NCBI GenBank assembly: GCA_038212275.1
Contig: JBBQUR010000013.1
Location: forward strand, 32,001-96,000
DNA: 64,000 nt
Source of the DNA: Planctomycetota bacterium
GTDB lineage: Bacteria > Planctomycetota > B15-G4
Direction of reading: 5' to 3'
Position 1 is the stretch's first letter; every line of letters starts with the position of its first letter. The notes under the pieces were generated by a model. The model did not search any database and was not told the DNA's origin. It worked only from the letters and a program-made list of their open reading frames with translations. The position numbers were made by a program, and so were the translations under genes. This document shows positions 45,001-54,161 of the stretch, piece after piece.

Positions 45001-46406
45001 CGCGCGCGGACCTCGAGCTCGGCCATCCCCGCGACGCCCTGCTGCGCCTGCTGCCGATCCTGCAGACGGAGCAGCCTGATGTCGCCGACATGAAGGTCTT
45101 CCTGCAGGCCGCGCGCGACTTCGGGCACAGCGAATGGGGCGTCACGTACGCGCTGCACTTCGATGCACGGCCCGATCTGCAGCTGCTGCTCGCCGAGACG
45201 CTCCTGAGCTGGGGCCATGCCGATGAAGCGCGCGCGCTGCTCTCGACGCTCGTCGCCGAGCACCCGACGGACACGGCCATGATCATCGGCCTCATCGAAA
45301 GCCTCGAAGCGGGCAAGCGTCACGACGATGCTCTGCCCTTCGTGGACCACGCGCTCACGAACTTCCCGGACGACCCGGCCGTGGTCGCGACGTGCGCCGA
45401 CGCGCTGTCCCTGCTGCCCCACCCCTCCGAGCGCGCCGTAGAACTCATGACCGGGCTGAGCGCGAGCCACGACACCTATCCCGCGCTCGACGAAGCGCTC
45501 GCACGCGCGCAGTTCGGCGACCCGGCCGCCGTGCAGCGGACGCTGCAGCGACTGCTCGATCGGCTGCCGCTCAACCCCGTGCCCGCGGGCGGCACGGAGG
45601 CAGGCCAGCGAGGCATGCTGCTGGTGCGAGCGGCGCACACGGCGCGCATCAGCGACCTGCTGTCACTGGCGCGTGAGCTCGACAGCCTTGCGCTGCAGAT
45701 CGAACCGGGCGCCATCAACCTCTACAAGGAGCTGGCCTTCCTCGAACACAAGGACGGCAACCTGGACCGCGAGCGCCGTTATCTCGAGGTGCTCAGCTTC
45801 GTGGATCTCAACGACCGCGAGGCGGCGATGCAGCTCGCGCAGCTCGACTTCCAGCAGCTCGGCCAACCCACGCGCGCGGCCGACGTCGTGCGCCGCACCT
45901 TTGGCACGAGCATGCCGCCCGATGGCGTTGAAATCGTCGCCGCGGAGGCCTTCCTGCTCGGCCGCCCGCTCGATGCCATCACGGCCTTCTACGCGGTGCA
46001 GGGCAACCCGCTCGTCTCGGAGGACACCTACCTCACGGTGGCGCGCATCGCCTACGCCTCGGGCATCGACGACATCGCGAAGCCGCTGTTCCAGCTGGCC
46101 GTGAAGAACCTCCCGACGGACGATCCTCGCGTGTCCAGGCCGCAATGGCTGCTCGACAAGCGGCTCGTCGACGTGAAGCCGTCGCACATCACCATCACCC
46201 CGCCCGGCGCGGCCACGGCACCGGCGGAGGCCACGCCTGCCGAACTTGACACGCCTGCCGAACTTGACGCGCCTGTGAACACACAGGCTGTGTCGCCGAC
46301 TGATCCTTCGCCTGCTGCTGCACCGCCAGGCGGTGCGTCGCCACCCGCAGCGGTCGAACCGGAAAACGCACCCGCAGAGGACGCGGCGACCGAACCCGGG
46401 CCGTGA
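42012..46406 (+). CDS. Very large membrane-anchored TPR protein (1464 aa)
   Basis: Single N-terminal TM helix followed by many TPR-like helical repeats; Pro/Ala/Glu-rich tail. Confidence 0.82.
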   Translation: MLRQRRRTSWQWVPWIAAAFLVIAVGITLVRTMDRDDDVAIASALRQGDPLTGRAKDPTAALQVLEALLEKQPQHYAALVERARTWADLRAWNIAVDSLEAAAACAATPREQADALTLAMDYLVLDNRFDDAVAVGQRTVELQPDEPLRALRLGTTYLKGSVAAQQDATRPFVDQVLKSLSDVEAEDRIEAYVTDLFGTPDLEALLAALMPGGDAVMRQSVSAQLVTARDRFRLACETLSGYAGYAGFDPAVARGWTTALFRSGRLYEAAIECGMAMREPSLSIGSRRDFLEVQARCAAAVGEHGLAADKYQAILDAHAAEAGAPTPYQFAYALYDERVQAEQWDWILEHVAADSARYGNDSMLRFARASALHAAGRAVEAREEIIDAFTAVSLGSKRASPASLRGSPQRRRAIAMLAYRLFNETGDRRASSALDSVLAQSPGDLEALRLRSALALSEGRADAAQSDAFALLSRHRRDREDFQRWLEAADALSKQRFGGSTLQERAVAKVDDSDRWQRDSDDASFVAYSAQVGRRKPSRITVLPDQLHLSSDPAFSFAIIEELVRRNNVPRARAELRKLSDAYPYVQEFRYRLGRLLVREGQYEFASEEFLRLLQDIPGDTEVLDLAARTKLAQGKDQEAAALVNRTILDDPLGVGAVRYGQRLVDRGRADQAEKLIERLVRWTDFDQRLDVLLLAARVQLALNHLPEAEAILANVAAQAPDNVDVALLGLDIGIRKDARNLVDVAVATLKPLAAELFPDQMAIIADRLLQAKLYPEIVAVFDETVRKLPAARPALRAVADACKALGRFEEADELLAEIIDDDADALIDQFILLGLRGEADEASRRLRLQPTASSQRSLVDLLLLLGNAVRDIPALNDAEPLVRLRQLRMDERLSPAGLQLLDAIVRIAPNRRNLADVTPSSVVNDPRTTYPDAGHDVQVLVDLARQDPEAARDLSRDLVYLLLFGDRPFWSRESQLLAEHALTLAPTLALPTRTLARADLELGHPRDALLRLLPILQTEQPDVADMKVFLQAARDFGHSEWGVTYALHFDARPDLQLLLAETLLSWGHADEARALLSTLVAEHPTDTAMIIGLIESLEAGKRHDDALPFVDHALTNFPDDPAVVATCADALSLLPHPSERAVELMTGLSASHDTYPALDEALARAQFGDPAAVQRTLQRLLDRLPLNPVPAGGTEAGQRGMLLVRAAHTARISDLLSLARELDSLALQIEPGAINLYKELAFLEHKDGNLDRERRYLEVLSFVDLNDREAAMQLAQLDFQQLGQPTRAADVVRRTFGTSMPPDGVEIVAAEAFLLGRPLDAITAFYAVQGNPLVSEDTYLTVARIAYASGIDDIAKPLFQLAVKNLPTDDPRVSRPQWLLDKRLVDVKPSHITITPPGAATAPAEATPAELDTPAELDAPVNTQAVSPTDPSPAAAPPGGASPPAAVEPENAPAEDAATEPGP
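46233..46268 (+). repeat. 18-bp exact tandem duplication encoding TPAELD x2
   Basis: ACGCCTGCCGAACTTGAC at 46233-46250 and 46251-46268. Confidence 0.85.
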
Positions 46407-46448
46407 AGCGGCGCGCTCGCCGCAGCGAGCCGCACGCGGGGCCGTCCG

Positions 46449-47351
46449 TCAATCGGGAAGCGTGCCGGGATCAAGGCAGCGCGACGCGGGCACGGGAATG
46501 TCGCCGATCGGCCCGAAGGCGTGCCGCTTCATCAGGCGCACGAGCCGACCCTGCACGCGCTCGATGCCGTGATAGTGGCGCAGCGTGCGCAGGCCACCGA
46601 GCCGGTGACGCGGCTGCCCCGGGTCCAGTTCCCACGGATGCAGGTAGACGACGCCGGGTTCGCCGTCGCGCTCGGTCCGCGTGAGGGCGCCATCCACGAG
46701 CGAAAGCGGCAGCAGGCGCAGGTAGCCGCCGCCGGCCGCCGGCCAGCGCCGCCCGAGCGCCGGCCGCGTGAGCAGCGGATACTCTCGCAGCGGCCCCGCA
46801 TCGCGCAGCGTGAGGTGCACCGCGTGGTGCGGAAACGCGGTGTCGCCATAGCGGTCGTGCCGGACGGGAAAGACGCTGGAGTCCCAGGTGTGCCCGGCCC
46901 GGGCGAGCAGCGGCAACGCCCAGCGCGTGCCGCGGCCGATCGAAAAGGTCGAGGCACGGAACCCGTCCACCGGCAGACCCGACAGGTCCTGCAGCAGGCC
47001 GCGGGCGCGACGCACATCCTGCTCGAAGCCCGCGGGGCCGAGGTCTCCGACCATGCGATGGCTGTAACCGTGGCTTGCCAGTTCATGGCCCGCCGCGACG
47101 ATGGCGCGCACGACGGCGGGCGTGCGCTCCGCGACGAGGCCGAGCACGAAGAAGGTCGCATGCACGCCGTGCTCGGCGAGCAGTTCCAGGATGGCCCCGA
47201 CGACGGCTTCCGAACGAGGCGCCTGCGCGGCCCAACTCTCCGGCGGCACGGCGCCCCACAGATTGAGCGCGTGAAAGGCCTCCTCGACGTCGAAGGACAG
47301 TCCGTGACGCAGGCCCGGCCCGGGGCGCGCGGAACCGGGCGGCGGCGACAT
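46449..47351 (-). CDS. Polysaccharide deacetylase, XrtA-system type (DUF3473)
   Basis: SFDVEE, ATFFVLG, HELASHG, DSSVFP, AGGGYLR, YLHPWELDP; start uncertain (47351 or 47366). Confidence 0.9.
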   Translation of the reverse strand: MSPPPGSARPGPGLRHGLSFDVEEAFHALNLWGAVPPESWAAQAPRSEAVVGAILELLAEHGVHATFFVLGLVAERTPAVVRAIVAAGHELASHGYSHRMVGDLGPAGFEQDVRRARGLLQDLSGLPVDGFRASTFSIGRGTRWALPLLARAGHTWDSSVFPVRHDRYGDTAFPHHAVHLTLRDAGPLREYPLLTRPALGRRWPAAGGGYLRLLPLSLVDGALTRTERDGEPGVVYLHPWELDPGQPRHRLGGLRTLRHYHGIERVQGRLVRLMKRHAFGPIGDIPVPASRCLDPGTLPD

Positions 47352-47385
47352 GCTCACGCAGGCCATGACTGACTCCGGCGCCGGT

Positions 47386-48576
47386 TCATCGCGGACGCTC
47401 CGCGCGGCCGCGCTCGATGCCGACGCGCCGCGCGACCGCCGAAAGCCGCTCGGCAAGACAGCTCTTCGCCAGCGCCTCGACGCGCTCGGCGTTGCCGGCC
47501 CAGGTGAGCTTCTCGCGCTCGACCGTCTCGCGCGCAGCCTGACCGAGCCGGCCGCGGAGCTCCGCATCCGCGGCAAGCCGGATCACGGCTTCCGTGAGCG
47601 CCTCGGGCCGCGCGGGATCGAAGAGCAGCGCATCACGGCCATGCGTCAGCACCTCGCGCAGATTGGGCTGGTCCGGCGCGACGACGGCGCGCGAGGCCGC
47701 CATGTACTCCGCGAGCTTGAGCGGCGAGGCGTAGGGCGTCGCCGCCGGCTGCACGCAGATGTGCATCGACTGCACGAGCGCGGGCACCTCGGCGTGCTCC
47801 ACGGCGCCGGTGATCGTGACGCGCGCGGCGACATTCCGCTGCGACGCGCGCCGCTCGATGGATTCCCGCGAGGGGCCGTCCCCCACGAGCAGCAGGCGAG
47901 CGGCCGGCGGAAGGCGTCCGTCCGCAAGCGCATCGACGAGGTCCTCGATGCGGTGCCAGGGCCTGAAGAAGCCGGTGAAGCCGATGACGACGGCCGGCCC
48001 GGCCGCCGGCGGCCGCACCGGGTAGCGCGCGAGGTCCACGCCGTTGCGCACGACGGCGATGCGCGGGCGCGGCACGCCCGCCTCGAGCATCACGTCGGCG
48101 AGCACGCGGGTCACGCAGAGCACGCGGTCCGCGCGGCGCAGCACGGCGCGCTCTGACGACGCGGCCCAGCGACGCAGCACGAGCGTCTCGTGCGTGCCGC
48201 GCTCGTGCGCCAGCGGCGAGTTCACCTCCAGCAGCAGCGGAATGCCCAGCTTGCGGGCCACGCGCACGCCGGCGGTGTTGCCGAGGGCGTGGCGTTCGTA
48301 GAGCACTTCGGCAGCGCAGGCCCGCCCCGCCGCGGCGAGCCGGCCGGCGACCATCGGCCCGTAGGCGTGCTCGGCGACTTCGTAGAGCACGCGCGGCGCG
48401 CGCGCCGCGAGACGCGCCAGCGTTCCGCCCTCGCTGCCCATCGCGCTGCTGCCGCCGCGCGAGAGCGCCCATTCCTCCACGTGATTCCCGCGCGCCCGCA
48501 AGGCCGAGATCAGCTCGCCGATGTGCACGGCCTGGCCGTCCTTCGACTTGGTGCGGTGGTGATAGAGGATGTTCAC
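47386..48576 (-). CDS. Glycosyltransferase family 4
   Basis: GQAVHI, YERH, LEVNSPL, NGVD, SPLKLAEYMA. Confidence 0.9.
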   Translation of the reverse strand: MNILYHHRTKSKDGQAVHIGELISALRARGNHVEEWALSRGGSSAMGSEGGTLARLAARAPRVLYEVAEHAYGPMVAGRLAAAGRACAAEVLYERHALGNTAGVRVARKLGIPLLLEVNSPLAHERGTHETLVLRRWAASSERAVLRRADRVLCVTRVLADVMLEAGVPRPRIAVVRNGVDLARYPVRPPAAGPAVVIGFTGFFRPWHRIEDLVDALADGRLPPAARLLLVGDGPSRESIERRASQRNVAARVTITGAVEHAEVPALVQSMHICVQPAATPYASPLKLAEYMAASRAVVAPDQPNLREVLTHGRDALLFDPARPEALTEAVIRLAADAELRGRLGQAARETVEREKLTWAGNAERVEALAKSCLAERLSAVARRVGIERGRAERPR

Positions 48577-49760
48577 GCGTGGCTCACGGAGCGGAAGACC
48601 TCGTGCATGCCGTCCAGCGTAGCGTCCCACGTGTGCCGTTCCGCCCACGGACGCGCGGCGTCGGCGTGCAGTTCGGAGAGTCGGCGCAACCCGTCCGCCA
48701 GGCCGTCGACCGTGGGCTCAACGAGCAGGCCGGCCCGGCAGCCGCGCAGGATTTCGGGCGTGCCCCAGATGGCCGTGGCCAGCACGGGCGTGCCGCAGGC
48801 CAGGGCCTCGAGCACCACGTTGGGCCAGCCTTCGCGCAGCGACGGCAGCACGAGCGCATCGGCCGCGCGATACCACGCCGGCAGTTCCGGCGGCGGTACG
48901 GCGCCGATGAAGCGCACGCGCCGGTCGAGCCCGAGCGCCGCGACGCGCGCGCGCAGCCGGCCTTCCGCCTCGCCGCTGCCGACGAGCACGAGCAGCGGCT
49001 CGTCGCCGCCGGGGAACACCCGGGCAAAGGCCTCCAGCAGCAGGTGCTGACCCTTGCGCTCGATGAGGTGGCCCACGCAGAGCAGCACCCGACCCGCGTC
49101 GGGCAGACCGCAGGCCTGTCGCGCGGCGGCCCGATCGCCGGGAAGGAAACGGCGCACGTCCACGCCGTTGCGCAGCGTGGTCACCTTGTCCGGCGCCACG
49201 CCGAGCGAGAGCGCCACCTCGCGCAGAGCTTCCGCGACGCAGATGACGTGATCGGCGCCGGCCAGCGCCGCCGCCACCTCGCCGCGCAGTCGCGAGTCGC
49301 CGGCGGTGAGATTGAGATCGGTGCCGCGCGCCGTGATCACGAGCGGCAGGCGCCGGTGCAGCGCCGCCTCCAGGCGCGGGCGCAGCGCCACGGCGACGGC
49401 ACCGTCCGGCCAGGCATAGTGCGCGTCGAGCACGGTGGGCTGAAAACGCAGCGCCTCGTCGAGCAGCGCATGCGCGCTGCCCGCGGCCATGAGCCGCACG
49501 CGGCAGCGATCCCCCACCACCGGCACGGCGACGAAGCGCGGATGCACCACGCGCACGCCATCCAGCATTTCCTGGGCGGGAACCTGCGCCGACTGCCGCC
49601 AGCGCGCGGGACCGAAGGGCGGCGCGCGCACCACGGGAGCAACGACGCTGAGCGTGGCGCCGTGCCGCTCGCGGTAGCGCAGCAGGCGCTCCTTCACGAA
49701 GACGCCGTGATGCGGCTGCACGGAGTTCGGGAACAGCATCGAATAGACCAGCAGCCTCAC
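48573..49760 (-). CDS. Glycosyltransferase family 4 (TuaC-like)
   Basis: FPNSVQPHHGVFV, DAHYAWPDG, RGTD, REGWPNVVLEALACG. Confidence 0.9.
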   Translation of the reverse strand: MRLLVYSMLFPNSVQPHHGVFVKERLLRYRERHGATLSVVAPVVRAPPFGPARWRQSAQVPAQEMLDGVRVVHPRFVAVPVVGDRCRVRLMAAGSAHALLDEALRFQPTVLDAHYAWPDGAVAVALRPRLEAALHRRLPLVITARGTDLNLTAGDSRLRGEVAAALAGADHVICVAEALREVALSLGVAPDKVTTLRNGVDVRRFLPGDRAAARQACGLPDAGRVLLCVGHLIERKGQHLLLEAFARVFPGGDEPLLVLVGSGEAEGRLRARVAALGLDRRVRFIGAVPPPELPAWYRAADALVLPSLREGWPNVVLEALACGTPVLATAIWGTPEILRGCRAGLLVEPTVDGLADGLRRLSELHADAARPWAERHTWDATLDGMHEVFRSVSHA

Positions 49761-51643
49761 GCGCCGCTCCCGGCAGGTCCGAAGGGCGCGCGCAGGAAAG
49801 CATCGAGCATGAGCACGAACCAGAGCTCGGTGCTGTTGTCCGCGTGCCCGGCGCGGTGGCCGGCCCAGAGGGCGACGGCCCGCGCGGGGTCCACGAGTTC
49901 GAAGACCTGCGCGTTGCGCTGCGAGAGCAGGTCGTCGAGGCGGCCGGCAAGTCCCGTGCGCAACCAGCGGTCCACCGGCAGGTGGAAGCCCTGCTTGGGA
50001 CGGTTGAGCACCGCGTCCGGCACGCGCCCCGAGAGCGCCTTCCGGAACAGCGCCTTGCCTCGTCCTCCCGATAGCTTGGCATCGGCCGGCAGACCGGCCG
50101 CGTAGTCCACGAAGTCCGTGTCGAGCAGCGGCACGCGCATCTCGAGGCCGTGCGCCATCGACATGCGATCGGCCTTCACCAGAATGTCGTCGGGCAGCCA
50201 CGTGGCGAAGTCCATGGCGAGTACGCGGTTCAGCGGATCGAGTCCGGCAGCAGCCGCGGCGTGCGGCTCGAAGCCCGTGCGCAACGGTGCCTCGTCCGCG
50301 ACCTCGGGGCGAAGCAGCAGGCGCGCACGCTCCTCGCTGACCCGCGCCATCGAGCGCACGTAGCCTGCCAGCCAGTCGTCCGCGAGGTTGCTGAGCAGCG
50401 TGCCCGCGCGCAGGGGCCGCGGAATCCACGGCGCACGCGGCCAGGCGCGACCCAGCGGTCCCAGCAGTCCGCTGCGCAGCGCGGACGGCAGGCGCGCGCG
50501 CCAGCTCTCCTCCAGCACGTCGTAGCGCGTGCGGCGATAGCCGGCGAAGTTCTCGTCGCCGCCGTCGCCGGAGAGCGCGACGGTGACGTGCCGGCGCGCG
50601 GCCTGGCAGACGAGCCACGTCGGCGCGGCGGAGGTGTCGCCGAAGGGCATCTCGAGGTGCCACGCGAGGCGCGGCAGCAGGTCGAGCAGCTCCGGCGCCG
50701 CGACTTCCTCGTGCAGGCGGATGCCGAGCCCGTCCGCGACCGCACGCGCGTGCGGCCGCTCGTCCATGCCGGGCTCGAGGATGCCGACGCAGACCGCATC
50801 CACGTCGCCGCCGCGGAGCTGCGACATGGCCGTGACGATGGCCGAAGAATCCACGCCGCCGGAGAGGAAGGCGCCGAGCGGCACCTCGCTCATGAGGTGG
50901 CTCTCCACGGTGGAGCGCAGGCGCGCCCAGAGCTCGTCGGCGTCCGGCTGCTCGCGCCCGGGCTCGAAGCGCAGCACGTGATGGCGCGCGCGCTGCAGCC
51001 TGTTCTCCGAGATGCTGACCGACGTGCCCGGCGGCATCGACTCCACGCCTTCCCAGATGGTCTGCGGCGAGAGCGTGAAACCGAGCGTCGCGCACTGCAG
51101 CAGGCCGACGCGCGACACGGCGGGCCGGCGCGGCAGCGTCGCGAGCAGGCTCTTGGTTTCCGAGCCGAAACGCAGGCCGGAGGCGTCGTGATGCAGGTAA
51201 AGCGGCTTGATGCCGAGCGGATCGCGCGCGAGGTGCACGCTGCCGTCGCGCAGGTCGTGCAGCGCGAAGGCGTACATGCCGCGCAGGCGCGCGAGCATGC
51301 CGGCGAGGCCCCAGTGCAGGTAGCCGTGCAGGATGACCTCTGCGTCGCTGTGCGAGAGCGGGCGTGCGCCGGCGGCCTCCAGCTGTGCACGCAGCTCCCG
51401 GTAGTTCCAGATCTCGCCGTTGAACATGAGCACGGCGCGACCGCCCGGCTCGCGGATCGGATTCCATCCGCCGCTCACGTCGATGATGGCGAGGCGCCGC
51501 TGGCCGAGAGCAACCTGGCCGTGGAGGTGCGTGCCGTCGCCGTCGGGGCCGCGGTGCGCGATCGTGTCCAGCATCGTCGCCAGCGCTTCGGCCGTCGGAG
51601 CCGGCCGACCGGGCGCCGCGATGTATCCCGTGATGCCGCACAT
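49757..51643 (-). CDS. asnB: Asparagine synthase-like glutamine amidotransferase (polysaccharide-associated)
   Basis: MCGI, HRGPD, RRLAIID, FNGEI, FLSGGVDSS, SGDGGDE, KADRMSMA. Confidence 0.93.
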   Translation of the reverse strand: MCGITGYIAAPGRPAPTAEALATMLDTIAHRGPDGDGTHLHGQVALGQRRLAIIDVSGGWNPIREPGGRAVLMFNGEIWNYRELRAQLEAAGARPLSHSDAEVILHGYLHWGLAGMLARLRGMYAFALHDLRDGSVHLARDPLGIKPLYLHHDASGLRFGSETKSLLATLPRRPAVSRVGLLQCATLGFTLSPQTIWEGVESMPPGTSVSISENRLQRARHHVLRFEPGREQPDADELWARLRSTVESHLMSEVPLGAFLSGGVDSSAIVTAMSQLRGGDVDAVCVGILEPGMDERPHARAVADGLGIRLHEEVAAPELLDLLPRLAWHLEMPFGDTSAAPTWLVCQAARRHVTVALSGDGGDENFAGYRRTRYDVLEESWRARLPSALRSGLLGPLGRAWPRAPWIPRPLRAGTLLSNLADDWLAGYVRSMARVSEERARLLLRPEVADEAPLRTGFEPHAAAAAGLDPLNRVLAMDFATWLPDDILVKADRMSMAHGLEMRVPLLDTDFVDYAAGLPADAKLSGGRGKALFRKALSGRVPDAVLNRPKQGFHLPVDRWLRTGLAGRLDDLLSQRNAQVFELVDPARAVALWAGHRAGHADNSTELWFVLMLDAFLRAPFGPAGSGA

Positions 51644-52809
51644 CAGATGGCCCTCGACTGCATCAGCGCACGGTAGTGACCGACGTAGAGAGCCACCATG
51701 CGCTCGTGCGTGAAGGCGGAGAGGTAGCGATCGCGCGCTGCGCCTTCGAAGAGCGCCCGGCGGCCCGGGTCCGCGAGCAGCGTGGCCAGCGCGTCGCCCA
51801 GCGGGGCCGGATCTCCCGCCGGCACGAGCAGGCCGGTGATCCCGTGCTGCAGCACCTCGCCGTTGCCGCCGACATCGGTCGCGAGGGACGAGCGCCCCAT
51901 CGCGTGCGCCTCGACGAGCGACAGTGACAGGCCTTCGCTGCGGCTGCTGAGCACGAAGACGTCGGCGGCGGCGAGCAGGCGCGCGACGTCGCGGCGCTCG
52001 CCGAGCAGCGTGACCGCGCCCGGCGGCAGCGCGGACGCGCGACGCTGCAACTCCTCGCGCAGCTCGCCGATGCCGGCAATGGCCAGCCGCGCACGCGGCA
52101 GGCGCCGCCGCACGTCGGCGAAGGCCTCGATGAGCCCGGCGTGATTCTTCACCGGCGTGAGGCTGCCCACCGCGAGGGCCACCGGCGAGTCGTCCCAGCC
52201 GAGCTCCGCGCGCGCCGCCTGGCGCGGCCCGGGGAAGGCGCTGCGCGGGTCGTCGATGCCGTTGAGGAGCGTCGTCGTGCGCTGCTCGGGAAAACCCTCC
52301 CAGCGCACGAGGGCCTCGCGCAGCCGTTCCGACACGACGACCGTGTGGTCCACGCGACGCGCCAGCCAGCGGTGCAGCAGGCGATGGCGCAGCGGCGCAG
52401 GCATGTCGCGATCGTGCTCCGTGTAGAGCACAGGCAGGCGCCCCGCACGATGCGCGGCGCGCGCGCCGTGGAAAAGCGCGGTGATGTTGTGGCAGTGCAC
52501 GAGGCGGATGCCGTCCGCGACGAAGCGTGCCGCGAGCGTGCGCGCGTGCCCCGGGTCGGCGCCCTTGCCGCGCGGAAGGTGCACGTGCGCCACTCCGCCG
52601 CACGCGAGGTCATCCTCCAGCGGCCCGCCGCCATCGAAGGTGTAGAGCGTCGGCGTGAAGCTGCGCCGGTCGAGCGCCAGCGCCAGGCGCACGGCCATCG
52701 CCTGCAGGCCGCCCACGCGCAGGTCGGGGACGACGACCGCCAGCTTCACGGGCGAGACGTCGGCCTGGCTGACGGTCGGCGCGGCGGCCGGAGCGGGTGA
52801 TCCGCTCAT
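51643..52809 (-). CDS. Glycosyltransferase family 4
   Basis: GGLQ, VHCHN, YTEH, NGID, KNH, SEGLSLSLVEA, TDVGGN. Confidence 0.9.
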   Translation of the reverse strand: MSGSPAPAAAPTVSQADVSPVKLAVVVPDLRVGGLQAMAVRLALALDRRSFTPTLYTFDGGGPLEDDLACGGVAHVHLPRGKGADPGHARTLAARFVADGIRLVHCHNITALFHGARAAHRAGRLPVLYTEHDRDMPAPLRHRLLHRWLARRVDHTVVVSERLREALVRWEGFPEQRTTTLLNGIDDPRSAFPGPRQAARAELGWDDSPVALAVGSLTPVKNHAGLIEAFADVRRRLPRARLAIAGIGELREELQRRASALPPGAVTLLGERRDVARLLAAADVFVLSSRSEGLSLSLVEAHAMGRSSLATDVGGNGEVLQHGITGLLVPAGDPAPLGDALATLLADPGRRALFEGAARDRYLSAFTHERMVALYVGHYRALMQSRAI

Positions 52810-54161
52810 GAGCCGGGGAGTTTCACGAAGGGATCCTCGTGGCGCACCCAGACCTTGTGCGCCGGGGAGGGTCCGAAGCGACGTCGTCGCGCCGAGGCGC
52901 GCTCGCGTTCGGAGGCCACCACGAGCGGCAGCGCCACCGCGACCGCGACGAGCTGGTACACGAGGTCGAAGTGCGCGCGATTCAGGAAGGTGGCGCCGAC
53001 CATGTAGCCGTAGAGGGTCACCTCGATGGCCTTGCTGTAGTTGCTGGCCCAGGCCTCGGCCGTGTCCTTCACCGAGCGCGTCACCGCGCGCAGCCGCCGG
53101 ATGGTCGTGATGAGGATGAACATGAACACGAGGTAGGCCAGCGTGCCCGACTCTGCCCAGATCTGCAGGTAGCTGTTGTGCGCCACGTGATTCTCGACGA
53201 CCGTCGTGCCCTGCGGGATGTAGACGCCGCCGAGGTAGCGCGGGAACTCGTAGAACATGTTCTGGAAGCCGATGCCGAACACCGGGTGGGCCTTGATCAT
53301 GTTGATCGCCACCTGCCAGCTGATGAAGCGCGCCTGGGCCGAGGCGTCCTCCGTCGCGTTGCCGATCGAGCGCAGGCGCGCGATGAACTCGGGCGGTGCG
53401 AGCAGCAGCGCGATCAGGCCGAGCATCACGATGCCCGCGAGCGCCGGTACCTTGAAGCGCGTCTTCATCGCCATGATGAAAAGCGTCGCCGACATGGCCA
53501 GGAAGCCGCCGCGCGACCCGGTGGAGATGATCGTGAGAATCGTCAGGAAGAAGGCGACGCGCATGAGCAGCTTGAGCGCGCGCCCGTAGCGGACCCCCGA
53601 AACGTCGTACGACACGTACCAGAGGAAGGGCAGGTTCATCGTGTTGGCCAGCGCGAAGTCGTTGTTGTCGAGCAGCATGCCGCCGGGCCCGTTGAGTGTG
53701 CCGCCGCCGGTCAGGAAGAACAGGCCGCTCTTGATGCCGTAGAAGCCGAGCGCCAGCGACACGACGATGCCGAAGCTCCGCAGCCGCTCGCGATTCACGA
53801 GCAGCGCGGCGGTGAGCAGCGCGATGAGCATCACCTTGACCAGCTCGAAGTAGCGGTCCTTCACGGCATCGACGGGCATCGAACTCGTGAGCATGGAGAT
53901 GCCGATCAGCCCGAGCATCACGATCATGGCGCGCAGGCGCGCATCCCTGCCCAGCAAGGGCCGGAACTCCCAGACCATCCAGCCGCCGATCATGGCCAGC
54001 GCCACGAACTGGCTGATGGGCAGCGCGCGTGCGAAGCCCCAGGTGAGGTCCTGTGTCCGGTTGTAGGCCAGCCAGCTGAAGGTCATCAGGCCGAACCATG
54101 GCCTCAGGAAGCACGCGGGCAGCAGCGTCGCGAAGATCAGGAAGACGATGACGTCACGCAT
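52806..54161 (-). CDS. O-antigen ligase/Wzy-like protein of the exosortase A-associated O-glycosylation ligase type
   Basis: Multi-TM protein; GPGGMLLDNNDFAL, TGSRGGF, HPVFGIG, AHNSYLQIWAESG. Confidence 0.88.
   Translation of the reverse strand: MRDVIVFLIFATLLPACFLRPWFGLMTFSWLAYNRTQDLTWGFARALPISQFVALAMIGGWMVWEFRPLLGRDARLRAMIVMLGLIGISMLTSSMPVDAVKDRYFELVKVMLIALLTAALLVNRERLRSFGIVVSLALGFYGIKSGLFFLTGGGTLNGPGGMLLDNNDFALANTMNLPFLWYVSYDVSGVRYGRALKLLMRVAFFLTILTIISTGSRGGFLAMSATLFIMAMKTRFKVPALAGIVMLGLIALLLAPPEFIARLRSIGNATEDASAQARFISWQVAINMIKAHPVFGIGFQNMFYEFPRYLGGVYIPQGTTVVENHVAHNSYLQIWAESGTLAYLVFMFILITTIRRLRAVTRSVKDTAEAWASNYSKAIEVTLYGYMVGATFLNRAHFDLVYQLVAVAVALPLVVASERERASARRRRFGPSPAHKVWVRHEDPFVKLPGS

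Noticed and set aside
48573..54114. Very long ORFs (1022, 948, 823 aa) suggesting GT-AsnB fusions
   Set aside because: These are off-frame extensions through neighbouring genes, caused by stop-codon scarcity at high GC; the true genes have their own starts with 1-4 nt overlaps.
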